A stretch of DNA of 64,000 bases from Nemertoderma westbladi (Eukaryota > Animalia > Xenacoelomorpha), in the NCBI GenBank assembly GCA_032718475.1, contig JAUCBJ010001661.1:1-64000 (forward strand), given 5' to 3'. Of the stretch, positions 11,400-21,874 are shown one piece after another. The first letter of the stretch is position 1. Each line of letters starts with the position of its first letter. Below the pieces are notes generated by a model. The model did not search any database, was not told the DNA's origin, and was given only the letters and a program-made list of their open reading frames with translations. The translations under genes were made by a program, and so were the position numbers.

Positions 11400-14300
11400 T
11401 TAAGTTGGGGAGTCCCTAGATGTCGGTTGGATTAGGGAAGTGGTCGTGGGAAGAGTTTCTTGCCTTCCATAGTTTCCGGAGAGCTCTCTGTCTCTTTCCA
11501 GTAAACATAAACGACCCACTGGGCGGTTGAGCTGTTGAGTCTCAAAGACTATCCCTGGTTTCTTAAAGTTACGCCGCATGACGACGAGTTCTACTGATCG
11601 CACCAAACCATCGCTCGAGATATGAGTCTCGATGATACGTCCTGTTTGCCATCGCTTACGTGGGAGATCGGGGTCCACAATAAGCACCATGTCTCCAGCG
11701 CTGACGTTTTCTTGCTGCGCAAACCACTTAGTTCGAAGTTGTAGAGTGGGCAGGTAATGTTTCTCGAAATGGTCAGCGAAACGACAGGATAGCAACTGCA
11801 TAAGTTGCCAGGTTCGACGGCAGTACTCGTCTCCGTCTGTGATCTCCGATCGTGGGAGCATGGCTACGGGTTTCTTCAGTAGAAAGTGCGCGGGTGTTAG
11901 CGCTTCCAGGGAATCAGGACTTGAAGAGACTGGCATAAGCGGTCTTTCGTTGAGATAGGCGGCGATTTCCTCCATTAACGTCCGCAATAGTTCGTCGGTG
12001 AGATAAGCGCGACAAGGTACAATAAAGTGGAACGCAGTCTTCACGCTCCTAATCAATCTCTCCCAACTTCCTCCCCACCAAGGGGCGTCGGCGGCGTTGA
12101 AGGTCCAGCTAGACGCTGTTATCTTTAGCTGATCGTCCACCTGTCTTTTGTTCCAGTCCTTTACGTAAGCTTGAATTTCGTTGTTGGCGCCAATGAAGTT
12201 CGTTCCCTTATCCGATCTCATCGTGTTACTGGTTCCGAAACGAGCGATCTGTCGTCGTAAACTCAACACGAAGCTGTTGGTGGATAGATCGTTTACCATA
12301 TCGAGATGGATAGCTCTACAAGTCATACAAACGAAGATGACACACCATCTCTTGACTATAGTCCGGGCACGATATACTTCAATAGGGCCAAATAAATCCA
12401 CACCGGTATTAGTAAAGGGTGGTTCGTAGAAGCTTACTCTTTCCCTAGGTAATTCTGCCTCTCGCTGTGTCAAAGGCCTACTGAATGCTTTCCTACAGGG
12501 TATGCAGTTCCTAAGGACTTGGTTCAGAGCCCTACGGGGTTTATAAAAATAGAAGCGAGTTCGAATTTCGCTCAGAACTCGTTCTCTTCCAGCATGATAC
12601 AGTTTGCTATGAACATCTACAATCATCTTGATTTGTATGTCAAGATTTCTAATGAGTATGGGAAATTTAGTGTCAAAGGATAATGGGGCGTTGGTAAGCC
12701 TACCTCCAACACGTATTAACCCATCTATCATGGTACTAGAGAAGCGATCCCTTAAGCGCATCTGCGGATTTCTTAACAACAGGAAATACTTATCGGGATC
12801 TTCATAGCATTGTAGGAGTCTCAGCATCTGTTTGTTGGTTTCATCATGCTCCTGGTAACTGATCTTCTCCTTTAGAAACCTGTCGGATATCTTGTATTTG
12901 GGAAGATCTTTAACAACATGGACTCGTGCAGACGTTGATGGAGCATCATCACTATTGGTCTTTGTCCCGGAGTAACGATGATGAAAACATCGTTTTAAAT
13001 AGGTGACGGCTTTACAGAGCCGATTCCAGGAGCTGTAGTGACGTATCGCTCTCTGCAAGAGGGGTGAAAGTCCTTGCGCGATATCTGGTATTCCAGATTT
13101 CCAATCCTTGTCACGGATTTCCAAGACTTCTTTAGTCGTGGCGGTGGGTTTCTGATCCAAAGCATCCTCTCCGGAAGTAAATAATACAGATAGATCAACC
13201 GCAGGTTTAAACAACTTCGATTTACTCGCTCGAGTTTTGGGTTTAACTTTCTCCGCTCCCTTGGCCTGTCTGATCTCTGCTGTTGTGAGATGGGGAGGCC
13301 ATTCTTCTTCTTCTCGGTAGAGAAAGTCGGGTCCACCTAACCATTCGGGAGTATTTACCAATTCCTTTGGAGTCGCTCCTCGGGAAGCGATGTCTGCTGG
13401 ATTAATCGTTCCGGGGCAATGTCTCCATTGGTCCATCGTCGTGCGACTAAGTATGATGGCTACTCTGTTGGTAACGAAGACGCTGAACTGACAGACTTCA
13501 TTGGTTATGTACTCTAACACGAGTAAAGCGTCGGTCCAATAGACAGTTTTCTCTAATGGATAGTCAATCTGTTCTGTTACATTCCGGCCGATGGCTGTAG
13601 CGTATAGAGCCGCTTTTAACTCCGCTCGAGGAACTTTCAACTTGTTGTTGATTAATGCCTTAGAAGTAACCAAGGCGACTTTGATTCCATCCGGAGTTTC
13701 CACTCTTAGATAGGCTACTATACCTATTCCCATATCGCTGGCGTCTCCAAACACATGGAGTTGATAGGAATACGTAGGGAGAACATGACCAAAATATGAA
13801 CGGGAAATTATAAAATCTTCGATAGCCGGCAGAGAATCTTCCCATTTCATCCACTTCTTTAATAATTCTCCCTTAAGTGGATCGTCCCATGAGTGGTTTT
13901 CAAGCCACATTTGTTGTACCAAACTACGAGCAATCAATATAACTGGGCTAATAAATCCCAATGGATCGAAATAAGTGCTCAGTATACTTAAGCAAATCCG
14001 TTTGGTTCGAACTGGATTATCTCGCTGTTTTAGCTGGAAAAACAGGATATCTCGCTCTGTGTCCCATTTCAAGCCGAGTGTCTTGGTTTCTGGCAGATCA
14101 TCTTTGATCAAATCTAGATCTTTCGCCCCTCGATCTTCCGCAGGGATCGACTCCAGAAACTCACGGGAGTTGCTGGTGAATTTCGTTAATCGAAACCCAC
14201 CTCTTTTTAAGCACTCTACCGTTCCTTTAGCGACCTCAATGGCTTCCTCAACTGATGGAAGGGACTTCAGATTGTCGTCCATGTATATGTCCCGCTTGAT

Positions 14301-17300
14301 GTTGTCGATCACTTCCTTAGAGAAGGCCTCTCGGTTGTCCTCTGCTGTGGTACGCACTACCGAACAGGCGTTGGAAGGGCTTGAGATTATCCCAAAGGCC
14401 TGGATGGTCATCCAGTACTCCACCGGTTTCTGGTTGAGGTCTCCTTCGGGCCACCACAGAAATCGTAGACTATCTCGATCCCTATCTAACACTTTGACTT
14501 GTAAGAACATGCCTTCTATATCGGAGGCGAAAGCAATCGAATATTGTCTCAATCTTAAAAGAATTCCCAACAAAGATTGAAGTAAGTTGGGTCCGGGTAA
14601 CAATTCAGAGTTAAGGGATTGACCCATGTAAAGAGCGGAGCCATCAAACACTACTCTCACTTCATGTGGTTTACCGGGTTTAGGAACGTAATGGTGAGTT
14701 AAGTAATACGTTCTTTCAGTCACAGGTGTTTCTTCCGGTACTCTCTCCGCGTATCCCTTACTAATAAATTTCTCCAGCTGTGTTTGATACATTTCTTTAG
14801 CTGAAGAATTAGCCGTAAGGCGTCGATGGAGTTGAGCGATTCTTTTTTCCGCCAAGGGTCTGTTATTGATGAACTTCGGTTCTCTCTTGCGGAAAGGTAG
14901 ACCGACTTCATACCTACCTTGATCTTTGAGGAAACGTGTAGTTGTCTCTTGGATCTGCTTGGCCCTTTCTTCTTCCACCGACAAGGCTTTATCGTAGGAA
15001 TTGGGCTCTACCGCCTCTTGCGTAAAGAATCGTACGGCATGTTCATCTCGAGTCTTGGCATTACAACGCTCAATGACGTCATTTAACTCGTCGTTATAAG
15101 CTTCTCGTTCAGTTGGATAAAGAAGTTGACATAAGTTCACTTGGCTTTGCCAAGCCTCGTTTTCCTTAAGGAGATCGATGGTATTCTCCTCATCAAAAAG
15201 CTGGTGAACGTCGTCGTTATCTGAGGAGTATGGGGTTCCCTCAGTTAAATCGTCTCCCTCACTAGTATCATCTTCCCATTCACTCACCTGGCAGACGCGC
15301 TCTTGCGGTAGTCTTTCTCTGAGTGTTCTACGGGAAGGGCCAGTAAAGTACCAACCTACTCTAGTTCTTACCGCATAGGTCTGTAGTGGTTGCGGTTGAG
15401 CAGGCCGTTTCTCTAATGTCTCCAGCGCCTCATGCGCGTTTTGGCCGATGAGTATTTGCACTCCAGGATAATCAGTCTGGAATCGAGGTATGTTAAGATG
15501 TTGGATGCTCTCATCCTCGTCCCAATTATAAAGGTCTGCTTGAGTAGTAGCGAAGTTCTTTATAGCTACCATTTTCACTGACCTTATGCTATGTTCTCCT
15601 AGTTCGTCCTGGGGGGTGGACAACGCGCCTACATAATAATCCGCTGTCACTGTAGATTTCCAAACTTGCATAATGCCGGACATGTTTAGCTTAGTTCGGA
15701 ACTTGGGTTGTCCAGCAAATATGTCTTCGGCTAGCTCTTTGTCGATGAATGTTCCTGTACTACCGGAGTCAAGGAGGGCGTTCACTACATAACTCCGTTT
15801 AGGTCCGTGAACCCTTACCTGCACCACAGGAAACTCTCGGATCCCTACATTGGAAGATGGCTCTTTCCAAGATGGTTGTCGATCAGAAGTAGTTAGAGTG
15901 AAGTCGCTGTCTGTATCTTTTTCATATGTGAGTGCTCGATACACTGCGGTATTTATCATGTAACAGGATTCGTTTTCGTCGGAGAACTCGTCCGTATAGA
16001 ATCCTTCCATCTCAGATTGATCAGTGTCGTTCACATCACTGAATTGGACATGTAGTTCGGAATCACTTACCTGATTCGGACTATTTCGCTCGAATTCAGC
16101 GTGCAACAAGATATGATGTTTCGCACCACACTTTGCACACCTTATGTCAGAGTAACATGTTCGCCGTTGGTGTCCTTGTCTGAGGCAATTATAACATAAC
16201 CGCTTATCCCACATGACTTCACGTCTCTCAGTTAATGATTTCTTTAGAAATTCATCACACATATTTAAGCGATGGGTCCCGTCACATAGCACACATTTCG
16301 GTTTGATGTTACTCACCTTACTCTGAGTCACATTGTGTACACTTGCTTTTTCTTCGGGCTTTCTCACCTGAATTCTCTTGGGAGACGTAGGAGGAGTTTT
16401 TCTTACCTGTTCTCTCCTGTCATTTGTTCGAGACTTGAATTTACTTACCTGATCTTTAGGCATTTTATTTACGTAATAAGATCTATCAGTGTCTTTCCCG
16501 CTATCTTCTCCTTGAGAAGTCTGGCTTTCGCCGTCGTCTGTATAACACACTGGTGTTACCTTTCTCCTTGAGACGGGTTTTTCACTTACCTTGTTTTCCG
16601 GTGTCTTCTCTCTGGACAGTTTCAGGAGCTGTAATTTCACTTCTCCATCTAGGAATGACATGAGATCAGCCATGGTAGGGTCTCGTCGTTGTTGTTCCAT
16701 CATATATAACACTTTCTTATCCCAGCGTGTACCTACTCCACCCTTCGGTAAAGTAGAAGCCACTGCTCTAATAACCATAGCATTCTGATACTCATGAGAC
16801 TTACCTAGCCAATCTAATTGTCTACAGATCTCCTGAATCTCATCGGAAAACTCTATAATTCCACTGCTAATAAACTTTCGGGGCGCTACCAACTTTGCAT
16901 ACAAATACCCAGCTATGTTATTCCTATTACCATACCTGATGTTTAGTGTATCCCAAACTTGTCTTAATCCGTCTGGATGTCCAATAAACTTTAACGCCAT
17001 TAACTTTGGAGATCCTTCCAAGCACTCGATGAGGAATCTAAGTTTCTCTCCATTAGATAGCACAGAGTTCTGTATGTTATCTTTGTAATATTCATTAAAA
17101 GGTAACCATTTCATCTCATCTCCATTGAACTTGACGATCTCTCCCACCTTTACCGCTTGCCGGGCTTCGGTTCTAGCCATTTGACGCGTAAAACTTTCTT
17201 GGGCCATCGTGTTATTTAATATTGAGTTATCGGTATATAAATTTCTCGGATTATGATCTGGTCTATAGGGAATATCATTATCAACAGGTCTATAATTACC

Positions 17301-17405
17301 CTTAATAGGGTTCACTATAGGAGTTTCTACTTCGCTAGCAGTATAGATGCGTGTAGGCTCCACACCTTGCGCATGAGATACTTCAGACCTAACAGGTTGA
17401 CACAT
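11400..17405 (-). CDS. BEL/Pao Gag-Pol polyprotein (gag core, protease, RT, RNase H, integrase), 2001 aa
   Basis: CX2CX3HX4C / CX2CX4HX4C / CX2CX3HX4H gag fingers, LLDSGS protease, YMDD RT, FGDAS RNase H, HHCC plus VDLFGP / SDKGTNF / WERLI integrase. Confidence 0.96.
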   Translation of the reverse strand: MCQPVRSEVSHAQGVEPTRIYTASEVETPIVNPIKGNYRPVDNDIPYRPDHNPRNLYTDNSILNNTMAQESFTRQMARTEARQAVKVGEIVKFNGDEMKWLPFNEYYKDNIQNSVLSNGEKLRFLIECLEGSPKLMALKFIGHPDGLRQVWDTLNIRYGNRNNIAGYLYAKLVAPRKFISSGIIEFSDEIQEICRQLDWLGKSHEYQNAMVIRAVASTLPKGGVGTRWDKKVLYMMEQQRRDPTMADLMSFLDGEVKLQLLKLSREKTPENKVSEKPVSRRKVTPVCYTDDGESQTSQGEDSGKDTDRSYYVNKMPKDQVSKFKSRTNDRREQVRKTPPTSPKRIQVRKPEEKASVHNVTQSKVSNIKPKCVLCDGTHRLNMCDEFLKKSLTERREVMWDKRLCYNCLRQGHQRRTCYSDIRCAKCGAKHHILLHAEFERNSPNQVSDSELHVQFSDVNDTDQSEMEGFYTDEFSDENESCYMINTAVYRALTYEKDTDSDFTLTTSDRQPSWKEPSSNVGIREFPVVQVRVHGPKRSYVVNALLDSGSTGTFIDKELAEDIFAGQPKFRTKLNMSGIMQVWKSTVTADYYVGALSTPQDELGEHSIRSVKMVAIKNFATTQADLYNWDEDESIQHLNIPRFQTDYPGVQILIGQNAHEALETLEKRPAQPQPLQTYAVRTRVGWYFTGPSRRTLRERLPQERVCQVSEWEDDTSEGDDLTEGTPYSSDNDDVHQLFDEENTIDLLKENEAWQSQVNLCQLLYPTEREAYNDELNDVIERCNAKTRDEHAVRFFTQEAVEPNSYDKALSVEEERAKQIQETTTRFLKDQGRYEVGLPFRKREPKFINNRPLAEKRIAQLHRRLTANSSAKEMYQTQLEKFISKGYAERVPEETPVTERTYYLTHHYVPKPGKPHEVRVVFDGSALYMGQSLNSELLPGPNLLQSLLGILLRLRQYSIAFASDIEGMFLQVKVLDRDRDSLRFLWWPEGDLNQKPVEYWMTIQAFGIISSPSNACSVVRTTAEDNREAFSKEVIDNIKRDIYMDDNLKSLPSVEEAIEVAKGTVECLKRGGFRLTKFTSNSREFLESIPAEDRGAKDLDLIKDDLPETKTLGLKWDTERDILFFQLKQRDNPVRTKRICLSILSTYFDPLGFISPVILIARSLVQQMWLENHSWDDPLKGELLKKWMKWEDSLPAIEDFIISRSYFGHVLPTYSYQLHVFGDASDMGIGIVAYLRVETPDGIKVALVTSKALINNKLKVPRAELKAALYATAIGRNVTEQIDYPLEKTVYWTDALLVLEYITNEVCQFSVFVTNRVAIILSRTTMDQWRHCPGTINPADIASRGATPKELVNTPEWLGGPDFLYREEEEWPPHLTTAEIRQAKGAEKVKPKTRASKSKLFKPAVDLSVLFTSGEDALDQKPTATTKEVLEIRDKDWKSGIPDIAQGLSPLLQRAIRHYSSWNRLCKAVTYLKRCFHHRYSGTKTNSDDAPSTSARVHVVKDLPKYKISDRFLKEKISYQEHDETNKQMLRLLQCYEDPDKYFLLLRNPQMRLRDRFSSTMIDGLIRVGGRLTNAPLSFDTKFPILIRNLDIQIKMIVDVHSKLYHAGRERVLSEIRTRFYFYKPRRALNQVLRNCIPCRKAFSRPLTQREAELPRERVSFYEPPFTNTGVDLFGPIEVYRARTIVKRWCVIFVCMTCRAIHLDMVNDLSTNSFVLSLRRQIARFGTSNTMRSDKGTNFIGANNEIQAYVKDWNKRQVDDQLKITASSWTFNAADAPWWGGSWERLIRSVKTAFHFIVPCRAYLTDELLRTLMEEIAAYLNERPLMPVSSSPDSLEALTPAHFLLKKPVAMLPRSEITDGDEYCRRTWQLMQLLSCRFADHFEKHYLPTLQLRTKWFAQQENVSAGDMVLIVDPDLPRKRWQTGRIIETHISSDGLVRSVELVVMRRNFKKPGIVFETQQLNRPVGRLCLLERDRELSGNYGRQETLPTTTSLIQPTSRDSPT

Positions 17406-19698
17406 TGTTACATGGGGGTGGTGGTATACCCCTTTGTGTATTTACTAATTTATCGCGTTCTAGCGCGATACTTTGCTGCACTTCTTGCAACTCTAGCCTA
17501 CTTTCCCTTACTGTGCCTTTGAATTGTTGAACAGTCTCCTGCATCTGTCCGAGCAGGAGATCCATCCCCCGTCGTCTCTCATCCACCCATTCGACCGCCG
17601 AAGCGGGATTCGCCAACGTTGTAGCGGGCGGACGAGGGACAACGGGCGACAAATCATGGATATTTCGCTCGGAGTCCAGGGCATGAACTGTCTCACGGAC
17701 TGTTCTGCTGGGCACAGGTAGCTTAGTGCTGTGCAAAGGGAATTGAGAGGTAGGTTCAGGGAGTACAGGTGTCTCTACGACCGAAAGGGTAGCTTCGGGA
17801 ACAGGCCTAATTACTTCAGGCTCATCTACTATAGTAGGGAGTCTCTCTATTATAATTATTTGGTCTGTGGGTTCTGTACTACCTAAGTTGGTGTTATTTA
17901 GTTGCCTTCTAACAGCTGGAGGCAAATCAGGCAATTTCTGACGGTGGAATGTTCTTTTGCGTCTGCTTAGGTGAGATCTATTTCCTTTGCCTTCAGTATC
18001 GGTGGTATCGCCTTCCTCAGATGATGTATAACCTTGTCTTTTGGGAGTAGATCGATTCATCATCTGCATATTACTAGCTGTTAACTGTTTATTAAAGTTG
18101 TCTTGTTTCTCTTGAAGATTTTCCAACTCTAGTTGGGTTGTCTCTTCAGATGCCCTCCGTTCCGCTTCTGCCACTGCTATTTTTCTTTCCGCTTCGGCCG
18201 CCTTTCTTTCGGCTTCCACTGCTGCCACTTTTCTTTCCGCTTCGGCCGCCTTTCTTTCGGCTTCTACTGCCGCAGCTGCCACCTTTCTTTCCGCTTCGGC
18301 CGCCTTTCTTTCGGCTTCTACCGCCTTTCTTTCGGCTTCTACTGCTGCAGCTGCTACCTTTCTTTCCGCTTCGGCCGCCTTTCTTTCGGCTTCTACTGCT
18401 GCAGCTGCCGCTTTTGCCTCTGCCGCTGCCGCTTTTGCCTCTGCCGCTGCCTCTGCCGCTTTTCTATCCACTTCTGCCGCTTTTCGTTCCGCTTCTGCCG
18501 CTGCCACTGCTGCTGCTGCTGTCTTTCTATCTTCTATACGTTTTTTCTTTACTTGTTCTTCTTGAACCTTAGCGATGCGGATGCTTTCATTGAATTTAGC
18601 TTGGTTCGCAGCTAACCTATCCACATCGATTGCGTCCAACACACGCTGGGCTCCTTCACTATTAGGGCTAAGCCCCTCTAACCTTCTCCTCAACTCTTCA
18701 TCACCAAAAAAACGTTGATAGTCTGACAGATAGATGTCAATGGCATCCCTCTTATGCGGTTTCTCTGCCGTTGCTTCACTTTCCACTTGGGAAAAAGTAG
18801 CGTCTGTTGATTCTCCATGGGTTGAGCGCTCCTCCAGCTGAGCTTTCCACTGAGCTGTTCCTTGAACCTGGCGACTCACCCGTTGAAACCAAGTCTTTAC
18901 GGCAACTTGCAACGACGTGTCTTGTCTTCTTTTAGAAGCCTCCTCAAAGGCCGATAAGATTAGCCTAATTCGCAGAATTCTTTCTCTAACTTGATAAAGC
19001 AGTTGTCCCTGCTCTTGAGGTCCTTGAGGTTGTTGAAACAGTTGTTTTTCTACTCGCTCCATAGAGCTGAAGAATCCCTGTGCGTATCCGGCTGCGGACC
19101 TCTTCCACACAGCTGGATCGATGGTTTCCTTGGCTACTCCCATCCGGTGTATGTCTTCCCAGGCAGCTTCTGATAAATCAAACGGGAGTCCGGGTCCGGG
19201 GAAGTTCCATTGCGACTCGACCATAGACTTCAGTTCTTCCCTTGTATATCCCTCATAACTATCTTTAGTTGATCGCTTACTTCTCGCCCAATCGATCTGG
19301 TGTTCTTCCACCGCGATCAATAACCTAGTGAGTACGGCTGCAGGAAGGATGAGAAGGGGATCCGAATAAACCGCATCCGTCATCCTTGCTCCGCGCTCGG
19401 GTGTCAGCTCTACAGTATCTTCACTACTGGAGCTGTCGGGCCGCTGAGAAATAAGTTCTTGACTCGCGGGTTGTTGCTGTTCCGCTGCTTCTTGGTCCCG
19501 CTTGACCTGGGCTCGAGTGCCTATGATAGACCTACGATGTTGGACCAGCCTAGGTTCTGTTATTACTACTGGAGGGATGACCTTCCTCACAGTGGGAGGT
19601 GAACTGAACTTAGGACTAGACGGTTCTACACCTCTATCTGAGTCGCAGATAGTTACATCTAATAAACTGTCTGACAGGTTCTGCTTAGTATCAGACAT
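17389..19698 (-). CDS. N-terminal Gag extension of element 1, separated from gag-pol by a 1-bp insertion at ~17413
   Basis: Collinear with the first ~700 aa of the continuous ORF of element 2; contains an AAEAERK coiled-coil repeat. Confidence 0.88.
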   Translation of the reverse strand: MSDTKQNLSDSLLDVTICDSDRGVEPSSPKFSSPPTVRKVIPPVVITEPRLVQHRRSIIGTRAQVKRDQEAAEQQQPASQELISQRPDSSSSEDTVELTPERGARMTDAVYSDPLLILPAAVLTRLLIAVEEHQIDWARSKRSTKDSYEGYTREELKSMVESQWNFPGPGLPFDLSEAAWEDIHRMGVAKETIDPAVWKRSAAGYAQGFFSSMERVEKQLFQQPQGPQEQGQLLYQVRERILRIRLILSAFEEASKRRQDTSLQVAVKTWFQRVSRQVQGTAQWKAQLEERSTHGESTDATFSQVESEATAEKPHKRDAIDIYLSDYQRFFGDEELRRRLEGLSPNSEGAQRVLDAIDVDRLAANQAKFNESIRIAKVQEEQVKKKRIEDRKTAAAAVAAAEAERKAAEVDRKAAEAAAEAKAAAAEAKAAAAAVEAERKAAEAERKVAAAAVEAERKAVEAERKAAEAERKVAAAAVEAERKAAEAERKVAAVEAERKAAEAERKIAVAEAERRASEETTQLELENLQEKQDNFNKQLTASNMQMMNRSTPKRQGYTSSEEGDTTDTEGKGNRSHLSRRKRTFHRQKLPDLPPAVRRQLNNTNLGSTEPTDQIIIIERLPTIVDEPEVIRPVPEATLSVVETPVLPEPTSQFPLHSTKLPVPSRTVRETVHALDSERNIHDLSPVVPRPPATTLANPASAVEWVDERRRGMDLLLGQMQETVQQFKGTVRESRLELQEVQQSIALERDKLVNTQRGIPPPPCNNVSTC

Positions 19699-21074
19699 GT
19701 TTGTTTACACAGTTGAATGTCTACTGCAATTACAGTCTAAGTAAGTCTAGTAATTCAGTATTAACTGCTAGCCTAGTAATTAATTACCGATACTGCTACT
19801 CAGTGTAGCGTGATATATAATATATTAGTATACCGGTATACTTAGGGTATATATAAGTATTACTACAGACTAGGTTTTTCACAGAAACCGGTATATAATT
19901 TTAGCACAAATATATATAAATATATAATAGGCCTATCGTGGATACCGGTATGCAGTTTACGCTTATAATGTATATATATAAGTATAATTACAGACTAGAA
20001 TTAATTACAGAGTACCGGTATGATTTCAGCTTAAGTTTATAAAAATAAATATAATAAGCCTATTGGAAATACCGGTATGTCAATTATTTTAAAATAATTG
20101 AATTTCTGAATTTTAAGGGTTACTTGGTTACTTTAACTTACTTTATTACCGTGATTTAAGCAGTAGTCCAACTGATATTGAGACCTAATTGTGGTATGGC
20201 AGGCCTACTATTTATAAATCGTTTGAGTTGATTTATAATATATATATACCCGTTTAATGGGTTTTGTCAATGTTGAAATAAATGTTATTATTTCTGGGGG
20301 GGTCACTACACATAAGTTGTGCGCTCTCAGTGGAGTGCTACTTGTTGGACACTAAAACAAATAATTCTAATTTACCTAAGTTACTTAATACTACAAATTA
20401 CGTACAATTCTGGTTGAGATTACAATCTCTAAATAAACACAAAAATTTAATTACAAATACACAAATACAAATTTTTAGGGTAATTTTACAAGAAGTCTAC
20501 TAACCAGCCTAACAAAGGGTTAGAATATCTGGTTATTACAACGGACAGGTTACTACGGTATTTGAAAATAATAAGTAGTAGTAAATACACTGCGCTGTCC
20601 AGATAGGAAAATACCACCGCCTGACGACCTATAGCCGTATCGCTATAGGTACTACGTTATGTATCACGGAGTGTTCCTACCTAGAAGTTAATAGAGCTAA
20701 CGTACGTGCCTATCAACCACTTTACAACACAAATATAATGCCTACACTAATTACTTTCGGAAAGTACTGTACACTAAACCCTAAATTAGGTACAAGTACT
20801 TGTATAACAAATAATCAGTAGTTAAAAATACTTGAACAGCTAAAAGAACCACGGCATCTGCTGGAGTGACCGGTGCACAAAATCACCAGTCTTTACCTAC
20901 GCCGAGCAGCCCGTATAGTACCGGGGTTAGTTTAACTATAACGGTATGTATAACAAACACAATTACTGTAGGAATAAACTTGGGGATATGAATGTTGCGA
21001 ATAATCGCATAAACTCTGAATAATAAATATTACGCTACGCGTACAAACCATTCAAACAAAATGCAGACCAAACA

Positions 21075-21600
21075 CTGACAGACTACTATCAAGCCTAAAC
21101 AAACTACGGTATATGTAGACTCCGAAATGGTTAAGTAGTATGCGTTCTAACCCAGTAGTACGACTTATTCTTTAGATGGGGGTTTACCTTACAGCAATGG
21201 CTGCCCCTACTTCCTAACCGTTCTTTATCGGACAGATGCTTTACACACACCGAAATTTCCTCAAACCTAATAACAGCCAGACAACTATCCAGCCTACAAA
21301 TTATCTAAATAAATATTATACGCTACCTGTACAGACTACACAAACAAAGTACAGACTAAACGATGGCAGACTTCTCTCAAGCCTAAATAAACTACAGGAC
21401 ATGCAGACTCCGAAATGATTAGGTAGTATGCGTTCTAACCCAGTAGTACGACTTATTCTTTAGATGGGGGTTTACCTTACAGCTTTGGCTGCCCCTACTT
21501 CCTAACCATTCTTTATCGGACAGGTGATCTACACACACTGCAATCCGTTCAGACTTAACAACAATCAGACAACAGCTCAGCCTACAAATTGTCTGTACAA
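21075..21600 (-). repeat. Duplicated leader module (~288-bp period) in the 5' UTR of element 1
   Basis: GACTCCGAAATG...TTCTTTATCGGACA core at ~21118 and ~21406; also duplicated in element 2 (~48640-49155). Confidence 0.85.
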
Positions 21601-21863
21601 TCTGATCAGGCTTACACGCCTTCTGTTCAATACTGGCCTACAAACAAATAAAACTTGACAGAAATAAGTAAAAATCTCAATAAAAAACCAGGGCTGCAGT
21701 CCCTGATTAATTATTAAGGCCTACCGGTATATAATTATCAAAATCGAATAATACTGCTGTACCTGTACTGCTGTATGTACCGGTCCGGGTGGTTAGGTAG
21801 TCAGGCCTACTGGGTACCGGTTGCCGGTACTTCAGCTTTATTGCCTACTGCAATACAGAAGCA

Positions 21864-21874
21864 ATATCCGTTAT
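21864..21874 (-). promoter_or_regulatory. Non-tRNA primer-binding site of element 1, complementary to LTR positions 22643-22653
   Basis: Minus strand ATAACGGATAT abuts the LTR end; no TGG; exact 11-nt inverted match inside the LTR. Confidence 0.75.

Noticed and set aside
13975-14580. Antisense ORFs over RT (also 41741-42397) and other plus-strand ORFs within gag-pol
   Set aside because: Shadows of the coding strand; interrupted in the other element
17389-17420. Programmed gag/pol frameshift in element 1
   Set aside because: Element 2 is continuous here and differs by one base; the break is upstream of the gag core and there is no slippery heptamer
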